DNA of 64,000 bases. Source: Octopus bimaculoides (taxonomy: Eukaryota). Each line of letters begins with the position of its first letter. The first letter of the stretch is position 1. Where the stretch lies: the NCBI RefSeq assembly GCF_001194135.2, contig NC_068983.1, positions 3,628,387-3,692,386 of the forward strand. The letters are read 5' to 3'. Shown here piece after piece: positions 48,145-60,004 of this stretch. Made by a program: the position numbers and the translations under genes. A model generated the notes under the pieces. It was not told the DNA's origin. It saw nothing but the letters and a program-made list of their open reading frames with translations, and searched no databases.

Positions 48145-48182
48145 AATAAATATATTAATTAATAAGAAAAGATCAATAAAGT

Positions 48183-48260
48183 ATGCTACATGGCAGTGAA
48201 ACATGGGTTATGACTGTGGAGGACGTGTGAAGGCTTGAAAGAAATGAAGGCAGGATACAG
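48183..48260 (+). mobile_element. Short RTE RT C-terminal fragment
   Basis: LHGSETWVMTVEDV*RLERNE. Confidence 0.6.
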
Positions 48261-50699
48261 GGGAAAATGAAAATTCTGCCACAGAACCACTGATAGAATA
48301 AACGCAGAGAGTAAGATAGACAATCCAAACACTAGTTACAGAATACTTGATAAGTGGAAAGAAACACCAGAAAATACCAAGGGAGGATGGAGAGGAAAAC
48401 TCAAAAGAGAAAAGTTTGAAAACGTAGAACAGAAGGGCAGAGCACCTCACGGGGGATTTGTACCCCATAAAGAATTAAATAACCAGAATAGCAACGGAAG
48501 CATTAACACATAAAGCATGGCGGGCCATGATCGTGGGCCAGGTAGATGCATTTAATTTATGTGCGTTTGTTGGGGTCTAATGTCATTCAAACGCTCGAAT
48601 ACCCCCCAGAATGCAAGAAGACTAATAGTTCAACTAATGACTTTTCAGATGATGTAAACTTGTCACCATTATATACTAACCCTAACTATTTTTTTGTTTG
48701 TTTTTATGTGTGCATAAGACCACGCTCCCCCTACAACTATGGCTGGGGTGAACTCCAGGTCAAGTTCCTATCAATAACAACACCCCTACCTTCTACTGAA
48801 CACTAAACACTTTCTTCATTCACTTTAATCCAAAGAGGACCTAAGGTACGAACCCTGGTGAAACTGCAATGACATTATTGCAAGGTTGCATCTGCAACCG
48901 TGTGCAGTCGCTGCAGTGGAAACATATGTAAGGCATGGTAATATGTTGTAAATAATTAAAATGAATTATCAATGTGCAAATCTCCATTCTCCTTATAATA
49001 ATTAGCTAGCTTAAAAGCTGCACGCTGTGCAGACTTTTAGGCTGGTTCTTGCAGAGGGCTTCTTGGGCCTGTGGCCCAAAACTAAAGGGAGCTAAAGAGC
49101 ATGACTATAATACATCTAAATGACTATATGCCCCAGTGGTGTTTGATCAGAGGTTAAGGATGGATGAGAATTCTGTAATGCAATCATTCTATTGTTCCAG
49201 TCCCAAATTGAATTCCAACTGTTGGCCAATTTGTCCCAAAGTTCTTATCTCAATGTAAAATTCACGAAGCGAATATCATTTATCTTCCCCTTGATCTCTG
49301 ATGTCATCTGACAAACGCCAACCAGGATGGCATGAATCAGCCAAGCTCCACCTGCTAGAAATAGCAACCCAAATGCTTTTAAATGAGATGCCAATACTGG
49401 ATGTCCAAATGAAGAGCAGATTTTCAATCCCAGGATGGTCCTGATACCAAATAGATATATGTCTGTGTAGAGCAAATATAGACTGAGATACAGGGGTCCC
49501 GGACGGACAGACAATTTCCCTTTTATGAATATAGATGCAATTTTACAGAATCTATGCAGTCCTGTGTATCACACATGAAATTATCCAACAAGAAAATTTA
49601 CCTATGTCTAATAACTTATTGTAGCCACTGGCATCGAATACAGACCGTTGTGTTAGCCAGCATCTGAAACTAAACTCAGAAGAAAGCTTTCATCTACTTG
49701 GACTCTATGTTGTACCACTGGACAGCTGTCTGTCTGCTAATATTGTTGATGGGCATGCAGCATGTTGCTAGCATTTCACATATAGAGTCCAGGATTATGT
49801 CAAAAAGTGTGAAGACCATCAATTGACTTTTTCCATAAATATATTTAAAAATTATTTGGAAATTATACAGAGAAACAAATGGTAGATTTGGACTGTCCCA
49901 AAAAAAATTCTGTATAGAGGATTTAAAAAAAAAAAAATTTTTTTGCATAATCATATCAATTCCATTATGCAGAAGACTGAATGAAAAAAATTTTTGTAAA
50001 AATTCATAAAAATAAAAAATATTATGAGGGGTTTTATTACATGCTCACATCATAATTCTGCCAATTGGGCATTCCACCAATTGTTTTTATTAAAGCTATG
50101 TTTAGTTGTGTGTCATTTATTTCAGTTAAAATAGCTTATTAATTCATCATTGTTTTTTAATATTAAATGCACATTCTGTTAATAACTGCTTTGGAGTATT
50201 TCATTTTCTAGATTACTGGATCATTAGTAATATATTTATGTTTTTCATCCACAAAATCCTGGGTTGCTATTTTTCACAAGGGTTTTTGTGGTTTCTTTAC
50301 ATTATATGTGTGTATCTATAGCAATTGCAGCTTCGAAGATATTTGTTAGCCATTCAAAGAAAACAAAAAAAACCCATTAGATTCATTTCAACATTTAATT
50401 TTCAAAAACAATTGCAGAGTGGAAGATGTTTGTAAGCCATTCAATTACACACAAAAAGCCATTAGATTCACTTCAACATTTAAATTTAATTTGTGTCAAA
50501 ATATTTTCATCACTCTGAAACCGCGACCTGTTTGCTGACAAAACTTCATGCTGCATAGATCGCCTTCCACACTGCAATTGTTTTTGTTTCAGCACATGAT
50601 CTCAGATCAAGTCACTTGCTATGCAAGTACATCTCCCTAATTTAATTTTCATTTGTGTCAGAATTTTCGTTGCTTGACCGGTATCACAGACAAACTTTA

Positions 50700-52345
50700 T
50701 CCAGGACAGACACTAGCTGACAGACGAAATGCCGCTAAGCATTGCACCCGGTGTGCTAATGTTTCTTATTTCTTTATTGCCCACAGGGGACTAAACATAG
50801 AGGGGACAAACAAGGACAGATAAAAGGATTAAATCGATTACATCGACCCCGGTGCATAACTGGTACTTATTTTAATTGATCCCGAAAGGAGGAAAGGCAA
50901 AGTTGACCTTGGCGGAATTTGAAATCAGAACATAGCGACAAACGAAATACTTCTAAGCATTTTTACTTGACGTGCTAACGATTCTTTTCTACTCTAGGCA
51001 CAAGGCCCAAAATTTGGTGGGGAGAGGGCCAGTTGATTAGATTGACGCCAGTACGCAATTGGTACTTAATTTATTGACCCCAAAAGGATGGAAGGCAAAG
51101 TCGACCTCGGTGGAATTTGAACTCAGAACATAGTGGCAGAGAGAGAGAGAGAGAGAGAGACAGGAGTGGTTGTGTGGTAAGTAGCTTGCTTACCAACCAC
51201 ATGGTTCCGGGTTCAGTTCCACTGCATGGCACCTTCGGCAAGAGTCGTCTACTCTAGCCTCACACTGACCGCAGCCTTGTGAGTGGATTTGGTAGACAGA
51301 AACTGAAGGAAGCCCGACGTATATGTGTATATGTATGTGTGTCTGTGTTTGTCTCCACCAACATCGCTTGACAACCGATGCTGGTGTGTTTACGTCCCGG
51401 TAACTTAGCGGTTCAACAAAAGAGAGAGATAGTCTAAGTACTAGGCTTACAAAGAATAAGTTCTGGGGTCGATTTGCTTGACTAAAGGAGGTGCTCCAGC
51501 ATGGCCGCAGTCAAATGACTGAAACAAATAAAAGAATATATATATATATATACATACACACACATATAACAGGTTTACCATCTGTGATGCCTTCACTTGA
51601 AATTACTGGAGGAAAAGCAGTGACGTTAATTCTCTAAAATTCACAAATCCTGGAATTTATTGGTGGGGAATNNNNNNNNNNNNNNNNNNNNNNNNNNNNN
51701 NNNNNNNNNNNNNNNNNNNNNNNNNNNNNNNNNNNNNNNNNNNNNNNNNNNNNNNNNNNNNNNNNNNNNNNNNNNNNNNNNNNNNNNNNNNNNNNNNNNN
51801 NNNNNNNNNNNNNNNNNNNNNNNNNNNNNNNNNNNNNNNNNNNNNNNNNNNNNNNNNNNNNNNNNNNNNNNNNNNNNNNNNNNNNNNNNNNNNNNNNNNN
51901 NNNNNNNNNNNNNNNNNNNNNNNNNNNNNNNNNNNNNNNNNNNNNNNNNNNNNNNNNNNNNNGTGGCAAGTCTAATAATCCTTTCTACTAAAGGCACAAG
52001 GCCTGAAATTCTTTTGGGGGTAGGGGTTAGTCGATTACATCGCTTCCAGTGTTTCACTGGTACTTAATTTGTCGACCCCGAAAGGATGAAAAGCAAAGTC
52101 GACCTCAGTAGAATTTGAACTCAGAACGTAGAGACAGGCGAAATACTTATTTCTTTATTGCCCACAAGGGGCTAGACATAGAGGGGACAAACAAGGACAG
52201 ACAAAGGGATTAAGTCGATTACATCTACCCCAGTGCGTAACTGGTACTTAATTTATCGACCCCGAAAGAATGAAAGGCAAAGTCGACCTCAGTAGGATTT
52301 GAACTCAGAACGTAGCGACAGGCAAAATACCGTTAAGCATTTCGC
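50700..52345 (-). mobile_element. Stack of about 5 same-orientation family-1 SINE copies (interrupted by a family-2 SINE and a gap)
   Basis: Repeated gtcgacct..g..gaatttgaactcagaac blocks near 50900, 51100, 52100 and 52280, with two alternative tails. Confidence 0.75.
51160..51535 (+). mobile_element. tRNA-derived SINE, family 2
   Basis: Head gtggttgtgtggtaagtagc...gggttcagttcc, tail gactgaaacaaataaaaga. Confidence 0.85.
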
Positions 52346-53602
52346 CCGGCGTGCAAGTCAAAAAATAACATTGTGATTGATATTGCTTTTCTTAACAGTT
52401 ATTGATAATTTGTATAAATAATTCGTAACAAAATACAAATTTACAATAGCATAAGAAAAACGTTGGCATCGATGCTGCAACATAACTTTGAAGTGGAATC
52501 CGGTTTTTACGAGAAAAACAAAATTGTGTTTCACTGCCGTAATATTAAAAATATATTTCTATATATGTAAAAATTGGCTTTCAGAACATCTCTGATGAAT
52601 TTCTTTAACCAACAGAAGTGTAATGTCTAATAATTTAAAAGACTTGAGGAAGGAGCCAGGATATTTGAAGTTGAAATATAGTTTTAAACAAAACATTTTA
52701 GTGTTGCGTGTTCCACTAAAAAAGTATATGATTTCGTTATAAAACAACCAAATTATAACTATTTACATTAATATAATTAATAAAATATCAGAAATAACAG
52801 CAGAATTTTTTTTTAAATGTAATTAAACCTAATTTTTGTAATTAAATTATGTAAACACAAACACCTTACCTTAGCACAATGTTAGTGTAGACACGTTTAT
52901 GCTTGAATTTACAATAACTTTCAAATATATATTGTAAATAAGAATTTTTAGTGATTTATTTTTTTTTTCGCGATGCTAAATGTCTAACTTGAAAAAAAAA
53001 TTAGAACATTCAGCAATTAAAAAGACATCCAGTAACTTTAAAAAAACTTTTAAAGAATGTAGGTTTCGTTTCGCTTGTTTTGGTTTCGCTATAATTACTG
53101 GAGACAAGTGTCCTTTCAAGTACGTTACCGAGAAATTTAATTGTGGAATAAATTATCATACATTAACAGTGTTGGACAAAAGTTATCATACACTAGCAGT
53201 ATAGCCAGGCTTTTCCCGGGATTAAGTTAGGATTATTAAGCTAATCAAGTTCTTTATTTCAAACCAAACTAAGTAACATCGATGTTAAATTTGGGCAGAA
53301 CCAGTGTCGCGACGGGAGCGCATGGGTTGGGAGTTTGATCGGCAGAGGTGATCAGGTTACACATGCCAGCCCTTTGAAAACACCACCCTCATCATCTAAC
53401 CCCTCTCTGCCCATGGGTTGGGAACCCTTCCAGCAAGGAAAATAGAATGCCCAAAAGGACTCCCGATTCTCTTCACAACTAAGTCTTAAGTATATGTGTA
53501 TGTGTGTATATATATATATATATGCTTAAATCTCTCTGAGAGATTTAGAAATATTATATTTCTAATTTTGGATCAGTGAATGAACTTCACTATGATTATA
53601 TA

Positions 53603-53717
53603 AGTTTGCGAGGGCTAAACAGGCCCCTTTAACCAGCTGGCAAGCTACTTCAGGCTGAAACATGTCCCTGAATGCTGGCTAGGCTGGGTGGAGGAGCTTG
53701 TCTACCCCTCGCAAACT
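53603..53717. mobile_element. Small TA-flanked MITE (Tc1/mariner-like)
   Basis: TA|AGTTTGCGAGGG ... CCCTCGCAAACT|TA, perfect. Confidence 0.55.
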
Positions 53718-54468
53718 TAAGGACACAGTAATTGTGTCAAGGCCGACAGGAAGCGGTCCAGCTTCCTAGGGCTAAACGGCAGTAGTGTGTTCCCTTCTTG
53801 GGATTGTCACATTAAGTTGACAATACACTACAACTTTATATATATATGGACAACACACACATACACACGTGTACGTACGTACACCAATTGTATACATATT
53901 TTTTGTACGCATACATGTTCGTGTGTGTGTGTTGCCCGTATATCAACAAAACACTTTTTTCCTCGATAGAAAAAAACAACAAAAGTCTTAACAAAAACTT
54001 ACTCACCCCTAGAAGAGGACTTTGGATTTCTCCGACTTAAAAATTGTTAAAAGTTTTGGTTGAAAATTTATTTTTACTGCTGCTATTCGCAGGTGCCTCT
54101 GGGAAAAATAAGTTGACGAAAATACAGCTATAGTGGTCATGGCGAATGTCCTAAAATTGGGCCACATGCGTGCTAATTTGTGGACGTGCATTAATTACAT
54201 TCACACACACACATCCTGCCTTTGATATAGACAGATTAACAGTGTTGGAGAAAAATTATCATAAATTAACAGTGACGAATGAAAGAGTTTTGGTAAATTT
54301 TGCTAAGTGCACACACTTAAATTTACCATTATTATCATACATTAATAGTGGGTTAAATATTGCCTTTACAATAGTTAAGTAATCTCCACGTCGTAAGTTC
54401 AAATCTCGCTGGCATCGACATTTTTATTCTTTAAGTGAAATGCTGCACAAATGTGCCTTGTCACAGAT

Positions 54469-55134
54469 ATTTGTTTCTTCATAACTTACAGAAACATGGA
54501 CATCTTTTAATGATATTTTAAAATTTTTTTACAGATATGCTTCAGATACTACAGATTCTGAATATATCGGAATTTGTTATAAAAACAATTTTTTCCCGAG
54601 GCTGGGAAGAGGAGCTTCGGGACATTCAGACGAGTTGGTTCTCTTTCCTAATAACTTTCAGCAAAGAAATCGATATTTTTTTAATGAAATTTTCTATAAA
54701 TATCTTTCAGATAGATTACGATTATATCGGAATTTAATGTTAAAAAGAAACAAACAAAAAAAAAACAACCCCAAAATTGGTGGGTTTGCACACATCACAA
54801 AGTTTTAAGAAATTTCAAGTTGCATTTTGTGATGTGTCTGTATATGTGCGAACCCACGAATATCTTTTTTTTTTTTTTTCGCTTTTCATATCAAATCTCG
54901 ATATAATCGTAATATACATCATCTGAAATTATAGAAAATTTCATTAAAAAATATATCCATTTTTCGGCAAGTTATGAGGAAACAAAGCCAACCGTTATGA
55001 ATTTTCAGAAACTCTTCTTCTCACCATCGGAAAACCAAATCCCGATGTAATCGCAATCTACACATTCTGAAGTTTATTTGTAGAAAATTTCATTAAAGAA
55101 TATCCATTTTTCTGAATGTTATGAGGAAACAAAT
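54469..55134. mobile_element. ~670-bp foldback palindrome built of internal subrepeats
   Basis: Arms pair imperfectly from atttgtttcttcataac (54469) / gttatgaggaaacaaat (55134) inward to gtgggtttgcacacatcacaaa / tttgtgatgtgt..gcgaacccac. Confidence 0.75.
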
Positions 55135-55469
55135 TCGAGGGAGACGGGTACCTTTGTGTAGGTAAGCCGGTATAGCGATTACAGATCTCCCCTCTCCCCA
55201 GTAACTTGAAATTGCTTTCAGATTACTCCCGGTGGTAATTTGAAATCGATTTCAAGTTACCATCACCTAAAATACTTCCCCAAAATGTTCGTCTCTGTGG
55301 TAGTAAATAGGAGAATCATTTCTCAATTGTGTTCTCTGTTTTGTGCAATTTTCTAATTTGAGTTTGTAAAACTATTGACTATTATCGAAATAAGAGACTT
55401 CTTTAGTGGATCCGCCTAAAATTACGGAACATCACACTAGAAGTTTTACTGGAGAATCATTATTATGTT

Positions 55470-56072
55470 TACTGTGAAGATGCCCGTGTCTACAAGACAG
55501 AAAAGTACGCCGACTTGGCTAGAGACCTGTGGGACGCTGGATTCAAAACCAAAGTCTCCGCAGTCGAGGTTGGCGTCAGGGGATTTGTTGGCTCATCTGC
55601 CTACAGCCTCATGAAACAGCTGTCCATCTATGGAAGAAGCAGGGCGAGAACCTTGAGTGCCGGAGAAGGCCTAAAGTTGGATCTGGTCTAGGAGGAACAA
55701 AGGCTAACTTCATAAGGCTTAATTTGCCCCAATTCAAGCGAGTGCCAGATTCGCGTAATCCCGTTGGCACCGTGAGAAAAGGGAACCCTCAAACCTGGGT
55801 CGTCCGAGCGCTGGCTAGTGTAACCAGCTGGAATTGGGTACTTAGCCCTTCCCAGGGTTGCAGCAGTGTTAGTAACTAATCCCACCTAAGGCGTACTAAA
55901 ACGGACAGTAGGTAGACATCCGGGAGTCATGACTCGGATGTGTCCCCCTCCCCCACAAGAGTGTCAGAAGTTAAGGGCCGAAACATTTGCCTAAAGGCGT
56001 GGAGTGTCTCCTCTGAGGACCACCTGCTGTTACGCTCTTCCCGAGTTTCTTTCTACTTATCATCATCATCAT
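55470..56072 (+). mobile_element. 3' end of a HERO-like RLE non-LTR retrotransposon
   Basis: EDARVYKTEKYADLARDLWDAGFKTKVSAVEVGVRGFVG...SWIWSRRNKG* (stop 55705-55707). GC-rich 3'-UTR ending in (ATC)n. Confidence 0.8.
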
Positions 56073-56346
56073 TTTTCTTCTGTAACTTAGAAATATAATT
56101 ACTAAAAAATTAATAATACAGGTTTGCATCAAGAGAGACAATGGGTAAACCCATTAAATGTGTTTATGTTCATTATGTGTGTGTGTGTGCGCGTAATGTG
56201 TACATGAAAGAGAAAATCAGAGGTTTTCACTGAGTTTTCAATTAGTTATTTAAGCTGAAGAAGTTTGAAAGAAGCATATCCAGAATGGCTACTTTTAGTA
56301 TATTAGAATAGCTCAGTCCGTTCAAAAGGTACGATAGAAAACACGG

Positions 56347-56484
56347 GGCGAAAGTAAAGAATACGTACACTCGGTGGTTAGGGTTTTTACACACAAAACG
56401 GGTGGTGTACGTATTCTTTACCTCCGCCAAACACGGCACTCTTTCGATATTTTATCCGTCATTCCTTACATCGAAAGAATGCCG
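56347..56484. repeat. Two adjacent hairpins (17-bp perfect and 15-bp near-perfect stems)
   Basis: 56354-56370/56405-56421 and 56434-56448/56470-56484. Confidence 0.7.
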
Positions 56485-56507
56485 AAAACACGAACAGCAG
56501 TTCAGTA

Positions 56508-56837
56508 TCTATATATATAAAAATGAGAATGTGTGTCTGTCTGTCTGTCTGTATGAATCCCTAAAACTCGAGAACTACGCAACCAATTTCATTCAAATTT
56601 TACACATGCCTTACTTAGGGTTCCAGTTGTGTTTTAGTCAAAAAATTTTTTTAACTTCTTGCAGAGTTCGAGCCTACGGCAACATAATATCTCCTCCACT
56701 ATTTAAGTATTACGTGTTAAAAGTGAAACAAAAACACTCATGTCAAATACTTTCACTTTAAAAATGAAACTATTCCACTAACTGAAACAATCACATTTCG
56801 ATACTGTAGTGACAGATACTTTCACAGAGAGAGAAAG

Positions 56838-56868
<31 letters not shown>

Positions 56869-56874
56869 TAGATG
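56508..56874 (+). mobile_element. Non-autonomous Helitron-like 5' end (runs into a gap)
   Basis: A|TCTATATATATAAAAATGAG start followed by (TGTC)n. Confidence 0.55.
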
Positions 56875-57892
56875 NNNNNNNNNNNNNNNNNNNNNNNNNN
56901 NNNNNNNNNNNNNNNNNNNNNNNNNNNNNNNNNNNNNNNNNNNNNNNNNNNNNNNNNNNNNNNNNNNNNNNNNNNNNNNNNNNNNNNNNNNNNNNNNNNN
57001 NNNNNNNNNNNNNNNNNNNNNNNNNNNNNNNNNNNNNNNNNNNNNNNNNNNNNNNNNNNNNNNNNNNNNNNNNNNNNNNNNNNNNNNNNNNNNNNNNNNN
57101 NNNNNNNNNNNNNNNNNNNNNNNNNNNNNNNNNNNNNNNNNNNNNNNNNNNNNNNNNNNNNNNNNNNNNNNNNNNNNNNNNNNNNNNNNNNNNNNNNNNN
57201 NNNNNNNNNNNNNNNNNNNNNNNNNNNNNNNNNNNNNNNNNNNNNNNNNNNNNNNNNNNNNNNNNNNNNNNNNNNNNNNNNNNNNNNNNNNNNNNNNNNN
57301 NNNNNNNNNNNNNNNNNNNNNNNNNNNNNNNNNNNNNNNNNNNNNNNNNNNNNNNNNNNNNNNNNNNNNNNNNNNNNNNNNNNNNNNNNNNNNNNNNNNN
57401 NNNNNNNNNNNNNNNNNNNNNNNNNNNNNNNNNNNNNNNNNNNNNNNNNNNNNNNNNNNNNNNNNNNNNNNNNNNNNNNNNNNNNNNNNNNNNNNNNNNN
57501 NNNNNNNNNNNNNNNNNNNNNNNNNNNNNNNNNNNNNNNNNNNNNNNNNNNNNNNNNNNNNNNNNNNNNNNNNNNNNNNNNNNNNNNNNNNNNNNNNNNN
57601 NNNNNNNNNNNNNNNNNNNNNNNNNNNNNNNNNNNNNNNNNNNNNNNNNNNNNNNNNNNNNNNNNNNNNNNNNNNNNNNNNNNNNNNNNNNNNNNNNNNN
57701 NNNNNNNNNNNNNNNNNNNNNNNNNGCTCCACAAGGGAAAACAAGGAACATAGTTTACAACGAGGTGTTATAATCACAACAGCAAGAAAGTATGTACATG
57801 ATCACCTTCTTTTACGAAACTTCATTGACTTTCATATATTTATATTGATATACATATATATACGTGTGTTTGGGTGCGTGTGTGTATATACA

Positions 57893-57983
57893 TCTCTATA
57901 TATAAAGATGATGCGTAGTCTAGACGGCGTTTTTAGATTTCATTAGTCTCTTTAACCCGGGCAACGCTGGGTATTTCTGCTAG
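57893..57983 (+). mobile_element. 91-bp mini-Helitron
   Basis: A|TC start, subterminal hairpin CCCGGGCAACGCTGGG, CTAG|T end. Confidence 0.7.
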
Positions 57984-59399
57984 TTGGGAATAAAGTTCTG
58001 CTCAAAAACTCAATTCGAAGGGACAGAAAGGGAAGACTTTTACCCAACGCCGCACAAGTCCTTACACTTTTGCAGAAGTTTGTGGCAAAAATACTTGTCA
58101 ACTTTCAAATAATAATAAAGTACTAGAAAAGAAAGAAAATGCTACCAACCTCACTCGATATATTTGAGCAACCACCAGTAAGTAAAAAACGGAAAACAAA
58201 TTTCTATCTTCAAATCAATATTTTATCTTTACATTCTGTCAACTCAACTCAGTCAAATATATAAACAACACCCACCTGCTACATATCTACAGAAAAAAAG
58301 GACTCTAATCGAAATCAATTTTTCATAACAAAAAAAAAAAAAGAAAATCGATAGTTGCGTTCGTAAACTCTCGCACATTTATCGTCTTTGTACCAAAAAT
58401 AAATAAAGGATCGATTGTGTGCGCGCGCGCACAGTTCCAGAATAAAACAAGGTGGTGGTGGTGGTAATGATGATGGTGGTTGTGGTGATGGTTGTGATAC
58501 TGATGATGATGAGGACGACGGTGATTATGAAAAAATTTGACACACGTTTCTAAATATACATACATGCAGTCTCTAAATAAACCATCCGTATAAAACATCT
58601 TGCATTGAAGACAGACTATCACTGGATCTGTTAGAAATAGCAGCCAAATATTCCTCAAATCACATTCTCTCGTCTTGAAAAACATAACAAAAGCACACAT
58701 TAGCTAGTCCCAATGCTCATTAACAAACTCCTAAAAAGTCGGAATGGCCATGAGTGAGATGTCTCTGATCGTAGACCTAATCGATCGACACCTGAACTCC
58801 AATTAAAACAACAAAGTAGAAACAGAGAAAGAGAACGAAATAAACTTAACTTTATTAGATCGATTCTGTAAGTCGTTTCTGTCTGAGCTGTCGTTTCTAT
58901 ATATCCAGATGCTACTTTCTTCTCTCATTTCTTGCACCAGTTTTTCACAGACGAAATCTTTCACCGGAGAAAATGTTTTCACACAACATCTTAAAACTCT
59001 CCCTCTCTCTCTCACTCGCACTTGTATTGTTAGATTTAAGTTATTCAGATCCACAGACGATGTATATTATAATACGGTATATTAATGATTGACTTGAATA
59101 CAATACATACCTAATTGATACACGTACATGTAAACATGCATCCATATCCCCTCCACACACACACATACTTCTGCGTATGTGTACATACATGCATTTGTAT
59201 AAAGATATATATAGCTGTATGTATTTATACATTTGCATATGTGGCTGTGTGTGTTTATATATATATGTATGTGTATATGTCTATGTTATCATATAATGAT
59301 ATATATATATATATATATATATAAATACTTTCTGTTTTTCTCTCCCACTCTTTCCCTATTCTTCTCCTCTCCCCTTCACCGTTCCCTCTCTTTCTCTCT

Positions 59400-59790
59400 C
59401 TCACTCTTCCTCCTTGAGTCTCTCGTCGCTGACATGTGACGAAAGGGGATCTATCTTTCTGTCCATTTCCTAACTAAAGAAAAGGCCTCGCCTGTCTCCT
59501 CTCTTGGCTCGTTCTCTTTGAGTTCATAATTATTTTTCCATTGTCTTGGCTAAACAGCCCTCACCGTTTGTTTTTACCGTCTTGTTCTCACTGTCCTGTT
59601 CTTGTTAACACTTTCACCCACCACAAAAAATCCCAAATTTTATTTAATTTGCTTTGCGGGAAGGACTGTTCCAACGAAGTCGCGTATTGTCCTTGCCTTT
59701 GAAACGCGGAGTAGATGAAACAGGGACAACTGAAGAAGGGGTATACTCTTTATGTTGCATGTCTCGTTTCCCTGTTTGTTTTTTTCGTTA
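59400..59790 (+). repeat. Dispersed repeat homologous to 23190-23620
   Basis: Shared blocks around the permuted hammerhead. Confidence 0.55.
59680..59742 (+). ncRNA. Non-circularly permuted hammerhead candidate, copy B
   Basis: UCGCGU-A-UUGUCC ... GCCUUU-GAAA-CGCGG ... GGACAA-CUGAAGA-AGGGGU. Confidence 0.6.
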
Positions 59791-60004
59791 TTTGTAAAAA
59801 AAAGTCGTAGGCTCGATCTGTTCGACTAAAGGCCGTGCTCCAGCATGGCCGCAGTCAAATGACTGAAACAANNNNNNNNNNNNNNNNNNNNNNNNNNNNN
59901 NNNNNNNNNNNNNNNNNNNNNNNNNNNNNNNNNNNNNNNNNNNNNNNNNNNNNNNNNNNNNNNNNNNNNNNNNNNNNNNNNNNNNNNNNNNNNNNNNNNN
60001 NNNN

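Noticed and set aside
49601-49663. Possible minus-strand exon (tttcag ... ag|gtaaat) with one open frame
   Set aside because: No recognisable homology or partner exons.
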